From the human T2T-CHM13v2.0 reference genome, Homo sapiens, in assembly GCF_009914755.1 (NCBI RefSeq), contig NC_060945.1: a DNA stretch of 64,000 nucleotides; one strand, given 5' to 3'. Shown one piece after another: positions 41,801-54,400 of this stretch (positions are counted from its first letter, which is position 1; the number at the start of each line of letters is the position of its first letter). Both the position numbers and the translations under genes were made by a program. The notes under the pieces were generated by a model that saw only the letters and a list, made by a program, of their open reading frames with translations, ran no database searches and was not told the origin of the DNA.

Positions 41801-44800
41801 CAGACCATTCCATTCCATTGCATTCCATTCCACACCACTCCACTCCACTCCATTCAATTCCATTCCTTCCCAGTGCATTCCACTCCAATCCATTCCACTC
41901 CACTTCACTCCACTCCATTAAATTTCATTCCACCCCATTCCATTCCACTCCACTCCAGTTCACCACATTCCATTCAATTCCATTCGATGCCATTCCATTC
42001 CATTCCATTCCATTCCATTCCATTCCAATCCATTCCACTTCACTCCATTCCACTCCATTCCACTCCACTCCACTCCATTCCATTCCCTTCCATTCCATTC
42101 CATTCCACTCCATTCCATTCCATTCCATTCCACTCAATTCCATTCCACTGCACTCCACTCCATTCCACTCAATTCCATTCCACTGCACTCCACTCCATTC
42201 CACTCCACTCTGCTCGACTCCATTCCATGCCATTCCACCCCCCTCCATTTCACTTCTTTTCACTCCATTCCTTTCCATTCCATTCCATTCCATACCACTC
42301 CACTCCATGCCATTCCACCCCCCTCCATGTCACTTCTTTTCACTCCATTCCTTTACATTCCATTCCATTCCATTCCACTCCACTCCATTCCACTCCACTC
42401 CATTCCACTCCACTCCACTCCACTCCGTTCCATTACGTTCCATTCTAAATCCATTCCATTATATTGCATTCTAAATCCATTCCATTCCCTTCCTTTCTTT
42501 CGACAGGATCTCACTCTTTCTCCCAGGCTAGAGTGCAGTGCGCAATCTCAGCTCACATTTCATTGCACCATTCAGTTCTATTCCATTCCATTGCATTTCA
42601 TTCCACTCCACTCTGTTCAATCCCATTCCTTCCCATTCCATTCCACTCCACTCCACTCCACGCTAATCCACTCCACTCCACTCCATTACATTCTATTTTA
42701 AATCCATTCAATTCCATTCCTTTCTTTGGACAGGATCGCACTACATCACCCGGGCTGCATTGCACTGCAGAATCTCAGCTCACATTTCATTTCACCATTC
42801 CATTCCATTCCATTCCATTGCATTCCATTCCACTCCACTCCCCTGCACTCCGTTCAAATCCATTCCTTCCCATTCCATTTGATTCCATTCCACTCCACTC
42901 CAGTCCATTGAATTCCATTCCACCCCATTCCATTCCACTCCATTCCACTCCACTCCATTCCAGTTCTCCGTATTCCATTCGATTCCATTTGATTCGATTC
43001 CATTCAATTCCATTCGATTCCATTTTTTCCATTCAATTCCGTTCGATTCCATTTGATTCCATTTTCTATTCCATTCGATTCGATTCTATTCCATTCGATT
43101 CCATTCCACTCCATTCCACTCCACTCCACTCCACTCTATTCAACTCCACTCCATTCCACCCCATTCCATTCCACCGCATTCCATTCCATTCCATTTCAAT
43201 CCATTCCATTCTAAATCCATTCCAATCCATTATTTTCTTTTGACAGGATCTCACTCTCTCACCCAGGCTGGAGGGCAGTGCACAATCTCAGCTCACATTT
43301 CGTTTCACCATTCCATGCCATTCCACTCCATTGCATTCGATTCCATTCCATTCCACTCCATTGCATTCCATTCCATTCCACTCCACTCCACTCCACTCCA
43401 TTCCACTCCACTCCATTCCAGTCCAGTCCACTCCATTCCATTCCACTCCACTCCATTTCATTCGAACCCACTCCACTCCTTTCCACTCCATTCCAGTAAA
43501 CTCCACTCCACTCCACTCCATTCCACTCCATGCCATTCCACTCCATTCCATTCCACTCTACTCAATTCCACTCCACTCCACTCCACTCCATTCCATTCCA
43601 TTCTACACCTTTCCACTCTACTCCACTCAACTCCACTCCATTCCATTACATCGCATTCCATGCCACTCCATTCAACTCCACTCCACTCAACCCCACAGCA
43701 CTCCACTCCACTCCATTGAATTCCATTCCATAACAATCCATACCATTCCATTCCACTCCACTCCAATCCACTCCAAGCCACTCTATTCCACTCCATTCCA
43801 TTACATTCCATTGTAAATCCATTCCATTCCTTTCCGTTCTTATGACAGGATCTCACTCTGTCACCCAAGTTGGAGTACAGTGCACAGTCTCAGCTGACAT
43901 ATCATTTCACCATTCCAGTCCATTCCATTCCATTGCATTCCATTCCACACCACTCCACTCCACTCCGTTCAATTCCATTCCTTCCCAGTCCATTCCACTC
44001 CACTCCATTCCATTCCACTTCACTCCACTCCATTAAATTACGTTCCACCCCATTCCATTCCACTCCATTCCACTCCACTCCACTTCACCACATTCCATTC
44101 AATTCCATTCGATGACTTTCAATTCCATTCTATTCGATTCCATTCCATTCCATTTGATTCCATTCCATTTGATTCCAATCCATTCCATTCCATTACACTC
44201 AATTCCACTCTATTCCAATCCACTCTACTCCACTCCATTCCACTCTATTCCAATCCAATCTACTCCACTCCACTCCATTCCATTCCCTTCCATTGTATGG
44301 CATTCCACTCCATTCCATTCCATTCCACTCAATGTCGTTCTATTCCACTCCACTCCATTTAACTCCACTCCGCTCGACTGCATTCCATGCCATTCCACCC
44401 CACTCCATTTCACTTCTCTTCACTCCATTCCATTCCATTCCACTCCATTTCACTCCACTCCATTCCGCTCCACTCCAATCTACTCCGTTTCATTACATTC
44501 CATTCTAAATCCATTCCATTATATTCCATTCTAAATCCATTTCATTCCCTTCATTTCTTTCGACAGGATCTCACACCGTCACCCAGGCTGGAATGCAGTG
44601 CGCAATCTCGGCTCACATTTCATTTCAGCATTCCATTTGATTCCATTCCATTGCATTTCATTCTACTCCACTCCACTCCACTCAGTTCAATTCCATTCCT
44701 TCCCATTCCTTTCCACTCCACTCCATTCTACTCCACTCCACTCCATTCATTTCTATTCCACCCCTTTTCATTCCACTCCATTCAAATCCACTCCACTGCA

Positions 44801-47800
44801 TTTCACCGCATTCCATTTGATTCTGTTCCATTCATTTCCATTCCATTGCCTTCAACTCCATTCAATTCCTTTCGATTCCATTCCATTTGATTCCATTTGA
44901 TTCGATTCGATTCGATTTCATTCCATTCCATTGCCTTCCATTACATTCCATTCCACTTCACTCCCTTCCGTTTCATTCTATTCCATTCCACTACACCCCA
45001 CTATACTCCAATACACTCCACTCCATTCCACTGCACTGCAATCCACTCCGCTAAACTCCACTCCACTCCTCTCCATTGCATTCTATTCTACACCTTTCCA
45101 CTCCACTCCACTCCACTTCACCGCATTCCAATCGATTCCATTCGATGCCATTCGATTCCATTCCATTCCATTTCATTCCATTCCATTCCATTTGATTCGA
45201 TTCGATTCCATTCCATTCCATTGCACTCCACTCCACTCCACTCCATTCCACTCCAATCCATTCAACTCCATTCCACTGCCCTTCAATCCACTCCACTCAT
45301 ATCCAATCCACTCCACTCCACTCCCTTCCAATCCATTCTACACCATTCCACTCCACTCCACTCCACTCCACTCCATTACATTTCATCTCATTCCATTCCA
45401 CTCCATTCCACTCCACTACACCCCACTCCGGTCCACTGAATTCCATTTGATTCCATAAGAATCCATACAACTCCATTCCACTCCAGTCCACTCCACGCTA
45501 TTCCACTCTACTCCACTCAATTCTATTACCTTCCATTTAAAATCCATTCCATTCCATTCCTTTCTTTTGACAGGATCTCACTAGGTCACCCAGGCTGGAT
45601 TGCAGTGCATAATCTCAGCTCACATTTGATTTCTCCATTCCATTCCATTGTATTCCATTCCACTTCACTCCACTCCACTCCACTCCATTCAATTCCATTC
45701 CTTCCCATCCCATTCTACTCCTCGCCATTCCACTCCACTCCACTCCATTGAATTCCATTCCACCCCATTCCATTCCAGTCCATTCCACTCCACTCCACAA
45801 TATTTCACCACATTCCATTCCATTCCATTCCATTCCATTCCATTCCAATTTCTTTCGATTCCATTCCATTTCATTCCGTTCCATTCCATTCCACTCCACT
45901 TCACTCCACTCCATTACACTGCACTCCATTCCACTCCACTCCACTCCATTCCATTCCATTCCACTCCATTCCACTCCAGTCAGGTCCATTCTACTCCATT
46001 CCACTCCACTGCATTCCACTCCACTCCAATGCACTCCATTCCATTCCACTCCACTCCATACCATTCCACCCCAGTCCATTCCATTCCACTCCAGTCCATT
46101 CCACTCCACTGCAGTCCATTCCACTCCATTCCATTCCATTCCACTCCACTCCATTCCATTCCACTCCACTTCACTCCACTCCACTTCACTCCACTCTGCT
46201 CCATTCCACTCCACTCAACTCCATTCCACTCCATTCCATTCCACTGCACTCAACTCCCCTCCAATCCACTCCACTCCACTATACTTCATTACATTCCATT
46301 CTACACCTTTCCACTCCACTCCACTCCCTTCCATTCCTTTCCATCTCATTCCATTCCACTCCATTACACTCCACTCCACTTCACCCCACTCCACTCCATT
46401 CCATTCCATTCTATAAGAATCCATACCACTCCATTCCACTCCACTCCACTCCACACGACTCCACTCCACTCCAGTCCATTCCATTACATTCCATTTTATA
46501 TCTGTTCCATTCCATTCGTTTCTTTTGACAGGATCTCACTAGGTCACCCAAGCTGGAGTGCAGTGCACAATCTCAGCTCACAATTCATTTCACCACTCCA
46601 TTCCATTGCATTCCACTCCACTCCACTAAACTCCACTCTGTTCAATTCCATTCCTTCCCATTCCATTCCACTCGACTCCATGCCACTCCACTGCACTCCA
46701 TTCCATTTAATTCCATTCCACCCCATTCCATTCCACTCCATTCCACTCCTCTCCACAACATTTCATCGCATTCCATTCCATTCCATTCCACCACACTACA
46801 CTCCATTGCACTGCACTCCATGCCACTCCACTCCAATCCATTCCATTCCATTCCACTCCAATCCACTCCACTCCAGTCCATTCCACTCCACTCCATTCTA
46901 CTCCAGTCCACTCTACTGCACTCCAGTCCATTCCACTCCACCCCATACCATTCCACTCCACTCCATTCCATTCCACACCAGTCCATTCCACTCCACTCCA
47001 TTGCTTTCCACTCCACTCCATTCCATTCCACTCCACTCCATTCACTCCACTCCACTCCACTCTGCTCCATTCCACTCCACTCCACTCCACTCCTCTCCAT
47101 TCCACTCCACTGCATTCCACTCCATTCCATAACACTGCACTCAACTCCCCTCCCCTTCACTCCACTATATTCCATTCCTTTCCATTCTACACCTTTCCAC
47201 TCCACTCTACTCCTCTCCATTCCATTCCATCCCAATCCATTCCACTCCATTCCCCTCCACACCACTCCACTCCACCCAACTATACTCCACTCAACTCCAT
47301 TCCATTCCATTCCATAACAGTACATACCACTAAATTCCACTCCACTCTACTCTATGCCACTGCACTCCACTTCATTCCATTCCATCCCATTCCATTCCAC
47401 TCCATTCCACTCCACTCCACCCCACTTCACTCCACTCCACTCCATTCCATTCCATTCCATAAAAATCTATACAACTCAATTCCACTCCACTCCACTCCAT
47501 TCCACGCCACTCCACTCCACTCCACTCAATTACATTACATTCCATTGTAAATCCATTCCATTCCATTCCTTTCTTTTGAAGGAATCTCACTCTGTCACCT
47601 AGGCTGGAGTGCAGTGCACAATCTCAGCTCACATTTCATTTCACCATTCTATTCCATTCCATTCCATTGCATTCCATTCCATTCCTTTCGATTCCATTCC
47701 ACTCCACCCCACTCCACTCCATTCCACTACACTCCATTCCACTCCATTCCATTCCATTCCACTCAACTCCACTCCACTCCACTCGACTCAATTCCATTCC

Positions 47801-50800
47801 ATTGCATTCCATTCTACACATTTCCTCTCCACTCCACTCCGTTCCATTCCATTCCATTCCATCCCACTGCATTCCAGTCCTCTCCATTCCACCCCCCACC
47901 ACTCCACTCCACTCCATTCCATTCCATAACAATCCATACCTCTCCATTCCACTGCACTCCACTCCACGCCACTCCACTCCACTCCATTCTATTCTAAATC
48001 CATTCCTTTCCATTCCTTTCTTTTGACAGGGTCTCACTCTATCACCCAGGCTGCACTGAGGTGCACAATCTCAGTTCATATTTCATTTCCCCATTCCATT
48101 CCATTCCATTCCATTCCATTCCATTCCATTCCATTCCAATGCATTCCATTCCATTCCATTGCATTCCATTCGACTCCACTCCACTCCACTCCAGTCAATT
48201 CCATTCCTTCCCATTCCATTCGGTTTGATTCCATTCCACTCCACTCCACTCCATTGAATTCCATTCCACCCCATTCCATTCCACTCCATTCCACTGCACT
48301 CCATTCCTCTTCACCGCATTCCATTCGATTCCATTGATGCCATTTGATTCCATTTGATTCGATTCCATTCGAATCCATTTTTTCATTCGATTCCATTCGA
48401 TTCCATTCGACTCGATTCCATTCAATTCGATTTGATTCCATTCGATTCCATTCCATTACATTCCACTCCACTCCACTCCATTCCATTCCATTCCATTCCG
48501 TTTTTCTAAATCCATTCCATTCCATTCCATTCCATTCCATTCCATTCCATTCCATTTTTCTAAATCCATTCCATTCCATTCCATTCCATTCCATTCTTTC
48601 TAAATCCATTCCATTGCATTCCTTTCTTTTCACAGGATCTCACTCTCTTACCCAGGCTGGAGTGTAGTGCACAATCTCAGCTCACATTTCATTTCACCAT
48701 TCTATGCCATTCCATTCCATTGCATTCTATTCCATTCCATTCCAATCCTTTGCATTCCATTCCATTCCACTCCACTCTACTCCATTCCACTTCACTCCAT
48801 TCCATTCCAGTCCACTCCATTCCTCACCACTCCACTCCACAACACTCCACTCCCTTTCATTCCAATCCACTCCACTCCATTCCACTAAACTAAACTGTAC
48901 TCCACACCACTCCACTCCATTCCAATCCACTCCACTCCATTCCACTCAATTCCACTCCATTCCACTCCATTCCATTCCATTCTACACATTTCCACTCCAT
49001 TCCACTCCACTCCTCTCCATTCCATTCCATCCCATTCCATTCCACTTCATTCCACTCCACTACACCCCACAGCACTCCATTCCACCCCATTGAATTCCAT
49101 TCCATAACAATCCATACCATTCCATTCCACTCCACTCCATTCCATTCCACTCCACTCCACTGCACTCCATTCCGTTACATTCCTTTCTATATCCATTCCA
49201 TTATATTCCACTCTAAATCCGTTCCATTATATTCCATTCTAAATCCATTCCATTCCCTTCCTTTCTTTCAACAGGATCTCACTCTGTCACCCAGTATGGA
49301 GTGCAGTGTAGATTCTCAGCTCACATTTCATTTCACCATTCCATTCCATTGTATTCCATTCCACTTCACTCCACTCCACTCCGATCAATTCCATTCCTTC
49401 CCATTCCATTCCATTCCATGCCACTCCACTCCACTCCATTGAAGTCCATTCCACCCCTTTGCTTTCCACTGCATTCCACTACCCTCCACTCCACTTCATC
49501 ACATTCCATTCGATTTCATTCTACACCATTCGAATCTTTCAATTTCATTCCATTCGATTCCATTAGATTCCATTTTTTCCATTCGATACCATTCGATTCC
49601 ATTCGACTCCATTCCATTGCATTCGATTCAATTTGATTCGAGTTGTTTCGATTCAATTAGATTCCATTTGATTCCATTTGTTTCCATTCCATTACATTCC
49701 ATTACATTCCACTCCATTCCATTACTTTCTGCTCCATTCCATTCCACTCCACTCAAATCCTTTCCACTCCACTCCATTCCATTCCATTCGACTCCACTCC
49801 ATTTCACTCCATTATATTTCATTCCATTCCATTCCACTCCACTCCACTCGATTCCATTCCACTCCATTCCACTCCAATCCACTCCACTCCACTCCATTCC
49901 ATTACATTCCATTCTAAATCCATTCCATTCCATTCCATTCTGAATCCATTCCATTCTCTTCCTTTCTTTCTACAGGATCTCACTGTGTAACCCAGGCTGG
50001 AGTGCAGTGCATAATCTCAGCTCACATTTCATTTCACCATTCCATTCGATTCCATTCCATTGCATTCCATTCCACTCCACTCCACTCCACTCCGCTCCAC
50101 TCTGTTCAATTCCATTCCTTCCCATTCCATTCCATTCCAATCCATTCCACTCCTCTCCACTCCATTCAATTCCATTCCACCCCATTCCATTCCACTCCAT
50201 TCCAAGAAACTCCACTCCATTTCACCGCATTCCATTAGATTCCATTCAATGCCACTCGATTCCATTTGATTCAATTCCATTCGATTCCTTTCAATTTCAT
50301 TTTTTTGCATTCGATTCAATTCAATTTCTTTTGATTCAATTCAAATCCTTTCGATTCCATATGATTCGATTTGATTTGAGTCGATTTGATTCAAAACCAT
50401 TTGATTCCATTCTTTTCCATTCTATTCCATTCGATTCCATTTGACTCCATTCCATTCGATTCTGTTCCATTCCATTCCACTCCATTCCATTCCATTCCAT
50501 TTGATTAAATTCCATTCCATTCCATTCCATTCAATTCCATTCCACTCCACTCAATCCTACTCCACTCTAATCATTCCCATTCCTTCCCATTCCATTCCAC
50601 TCCCCTCACTTCCACTCCAGTCTACTCCACTCCGTTCAATTCCATTCCCCTCCATTACATTCCAATCCATTCTGCTCCACTCCTCTCCGTTTCACCACAT
50701 TACATTTGATTCACTTCAATGCCATTCGATTCCATTTGATTCGAATCCATTCGATTCCATTGAATTCCGATCTATTCCATTTGATTTGATTCGATTCATT

Positions 50801-51480
50801 TGGAGTCGATTCAATTCGAGTCGAGTCGATTTGATTCGATTCCATTCCATTCTACTCCATTCCATTCCATTCCATTCCACTCCATTCTTTTCCACTCCAC
50901 TCCATTCCATTCCACTCCACTACATTCCATTCCTCTCCATTCCACTGCTTTCCACTCCATTACATTCCACCCCATTCCATTCCACTCCACTCCACTCCGT
51001 TTCACTCCACTCCATTCCATTCAACTCCATTCCACTGCTTTCCACTCCATTACACTCCACTACATTCCATTCCATTCCACTTCACTCAATTCCACTCCAT
51101 TCCATTCCACACAATTCCACTTCACTCTACTCCACTCCAATCCACTGCACTCCACTTCATTCCATTCAATTCCATTTTAAATCCAATCCAATAATTTCCA
51201 TTCTAAGTCCATTCCATTCCCTTCCTTTCTTTCGACAGGATCTCACTCTGTCACCCAGGCTGGAGTGTAGTGCACAATCTCAAATAACATTTTATTTCAC
51301 CATTCCATTGCATTCCATTCTATTGCATTCCATTCCACTCCACTCCACTCCGTTCAATTCCACTCCTTCCCATTCCATTCCACTCCAGTACATTCCACTC
51401 CACTCCATTCAATTCCATTCCACCCCAGACCGTTCCACTGCACTCCACGCCACTCCTTTCCAGTTCACTGTATACCATTT
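35841..51480 (+). repeat. Composite HSat3-like satellite: (CACTC/CATTC)n spacers with 22 embedded ~64-bp antisense Alu 3'-end fragments
   Basis: Unit 'ctttcttttgacaggatctcactctgtcacccaggctggagtgcagtgcacaatctcagctcac' starts at about 36191, 36925, 37866, 38463, 39010, 40174, 40651, 41222, 41719, 42493, 42720, 43233, 43835, 44553, 45560, 46518, 47569, 48016, 48622, 49261, 49962 and 51225. It is almost always preceded by a 'taaatccatt'-like motif and followed by 'atttcatttcaccattcc'. Confidence 0.95.
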
Positions 51481-54400
51481 GATTAAATTTGATGTCATTT
51501 GGTTCCATTCCATTTAACTCTATTCCATTCCACACGATTCCATTTGATTCCAGTCCATTCATTTCCCTTCCCTTGCATTCCATTCCATTCCAATCCATTC
51601 CATTCCATTCTATTCCATTCCATTTCAATCCATTAAATTCCATTCCCTTCCATTCCTTTCCATTACATTCCATTCCTCTCCATTCCATTTCATTCTTTTA
51701 CATTCCATTCGGGTTTATTCCATTCCATTCCATTCGAATCCATTCCATTGCACTCGCGTTGATTCAATTCCATTGCTTTCCATTCGAGTCCATTCCATTT
51801 CATTCGAGTCCATTCCATTCCATTCAAGGCCACTTCATTCCATTCCATTCCTTTCCATTCCATTCTTTTCGGGTCCATTCAATTCAAATGCATTCCATTC
51901 CATTCCATTCCATTCCATTCCATTCCATTCCATTCCATTCCTTTCCAAAATTCGAGTCCATTCCAATCCATTCCATTACACTCGAGTCATTTCCATTCCA
52001 TTTGCGTCCATTCAATTCCATTCCATTCCTTTCCATTCCATTCATTTCCATTCCATTCCATTTCATTACAGTCCATTCCATTCCATTCCATTCGTGTCCA
52101 TTCCATTCCATTGCATTCCATTCCATTCGATTCCATTCCTTTCCATTCAATTCCAATCGTGTCCATTCTATTCCAATCCACTTCAGTTCATTCCATTCCA
52201 TTCCATTCCATTTGAGTCCATTCCATTCCATTCGAGTCCATTCCATTCCATTTCATTCGAGTCCCTTCCATTCCATTCCATTCCATTCTATTCCTGTTGA
52301 GTGCATTCCATTGCATTGCCTTCCATTCGAGTGCATTCCGTTCCATTCGACTCCATTCCATTCCATTCCAATACATTCCATTCCATTCTATTCCATTCCA
52401 TTTCAATCCATCCCATTCCATTCCATTCCATTCCATTCCATTCCATTCCTTTCCATTCCATTCCATTCTGTTCCATTCCATTCCATTGCATTCCATTCCT
52501 TTCCATTCCATTCCATTCTGTTCCATTCCATTCTGGTCAATTCCTTTCCATTCCATTCCATTCCATTCCTCTCCATTCCATTCTGTTCCATTCCATTCGG
52601 GTCCATTCCATTCCGTTCCATTCCATTGCACTCAAGTTGATTCCAATCCATTCCATTCCATTAGAGTCCATTCCATTTCATTTGAGTCCATTCCTCTCCA
52701 TTCCATTCCATTCGAGGCCACTTCATTCCATTCCATTCCATTCCATTCTTTTCGGGTCCATTCAATTCAATTGTTTTCTATTCCATTCCATTCCATTCCA
52801 TTTCATTCCATTCCATTCGAGTCCATTTCATTCCATTCCTCTCCATTCCATTCCATTCTGTTCCATTCCACTCGGGTCCATTCCATTCCATTCCATTCGA
52901 ATCCATTCCATTACATTCCATTCCATTCCACTCGAGTTGATTCCATTCCATTCCATTCGAGTTCATTCAATTTCATTTGAGTCCATTCCATTCCATTCCA
53001 TTCGAGGCCACTTTATTCCATTCCATTCCATTCCATTCCATTCCATTCCATTCCATTCCATTCCATAATTTGAGTCCATTCAATTCCATTCCATTACACT
53101 CGAGGCTTTTCCATTCCATTCAAGTCCATTCAATTCGATTCTATTCCTTTCTATTTCATTCAATTCCATTCCATTCGACTGCATTCCATTTGGTTCCATT
53201 CAATTAGAGTCCATTCCATTCGTGTCCATTCCATTCCATTCCATTCAATTGCAATCCATTTGTTTCCATTTTGTTCCAGTCCTTTCCATTCGAGTCCATT
53301 CCATTCCAGTCCATTCCATTTGATTTCATTCCATTCAAATCCATTCCATTGGATTCGATTCCACTCGATTCCAGTCCGTTCCATTTTCTTACATTCCATT
53401 CTATTCCATTCCATTGCATTCCATTCCATTCCATTTGATTACATTCCATTTGATTCCATTCTACTCAAATCAATTACATTGCAATCCATTACATTTGAGT
53501 CCTTTCTATTCCAGTCCATTCCATTCCTGTCCATTCCATTCGATTCCATTCCATTCGACTCCATTCCATACTGTTGCATTCCTTTCGATTCCATTCTGTT
53601 CGAATAAATTGCATTCGAGAACATTCCTTTCGAGTCCATTCTATTTGAGTCCATTACATTCAAGTCCATTACATTTGAGTCCATTCCATTCCATTCCATT
53701 CGATGCCATGCCATTCGATTCTCTTCCATTCAAATACAATCGATTAGAGTCCATTCCATTCCATTCCACTCCATTCATTGCCAATCCATTCAATTCTATT
53801 GAATTCGAATCCATTCCATTCCATTGTGTTCCATCCGATTCCATTCCATTCTTCCTTTCCATTCCATTCCATTTCATTCGTTTCCATTCAATTTGTCTGC
53901 ATTCCACTCCAGTCCATACCGTTCGAGTCTATTCCATTCCAGTCCATTCCATTCGAGTCCATTCCACTCGATATCATTCCATTATGCTACATTCCATTCT
54001 CTTCTTTTCGATTCCATTCAATTCCATTCCATTCGATTCCATTCCATTCAATTCCATTGCTTTCGACTCCATTCCATTCGAGTGCATTCCATTCCATTCC
54101 ATTACATTCTGTTCTTTTCGATTCCAATCCGTTCCATTCCATTTTGTTCCTGTCCATTCCCTTCGAGTCCATTCCATTTCAGTCCATTCCACTCGATTCC
54201 ACTCCATTCCATTCTATTACATTGCATTCTATTCCATTCCATTGCATTCCATTCCATTCCATTTGATTACATTCCATTTGATTCCATTACATTTAATTCA
54301 ATTACATTGCAATCCATTTCATTCCAGTCCATTCCATTCCTGTCCATTCCATTCAATTCCATTACATACTATTGCATTCCATTTGATTAAATTCTATTCA

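Noticed and set aside
36191-51288. CRISPR-like array (conserved repeat plus variable spacers)
   Set aside because: The repeat is an Alu fragment, the spacers are 0.2-1.3 kb of mutually homologous satellite, there are no cas genes, and the DNA is primate.
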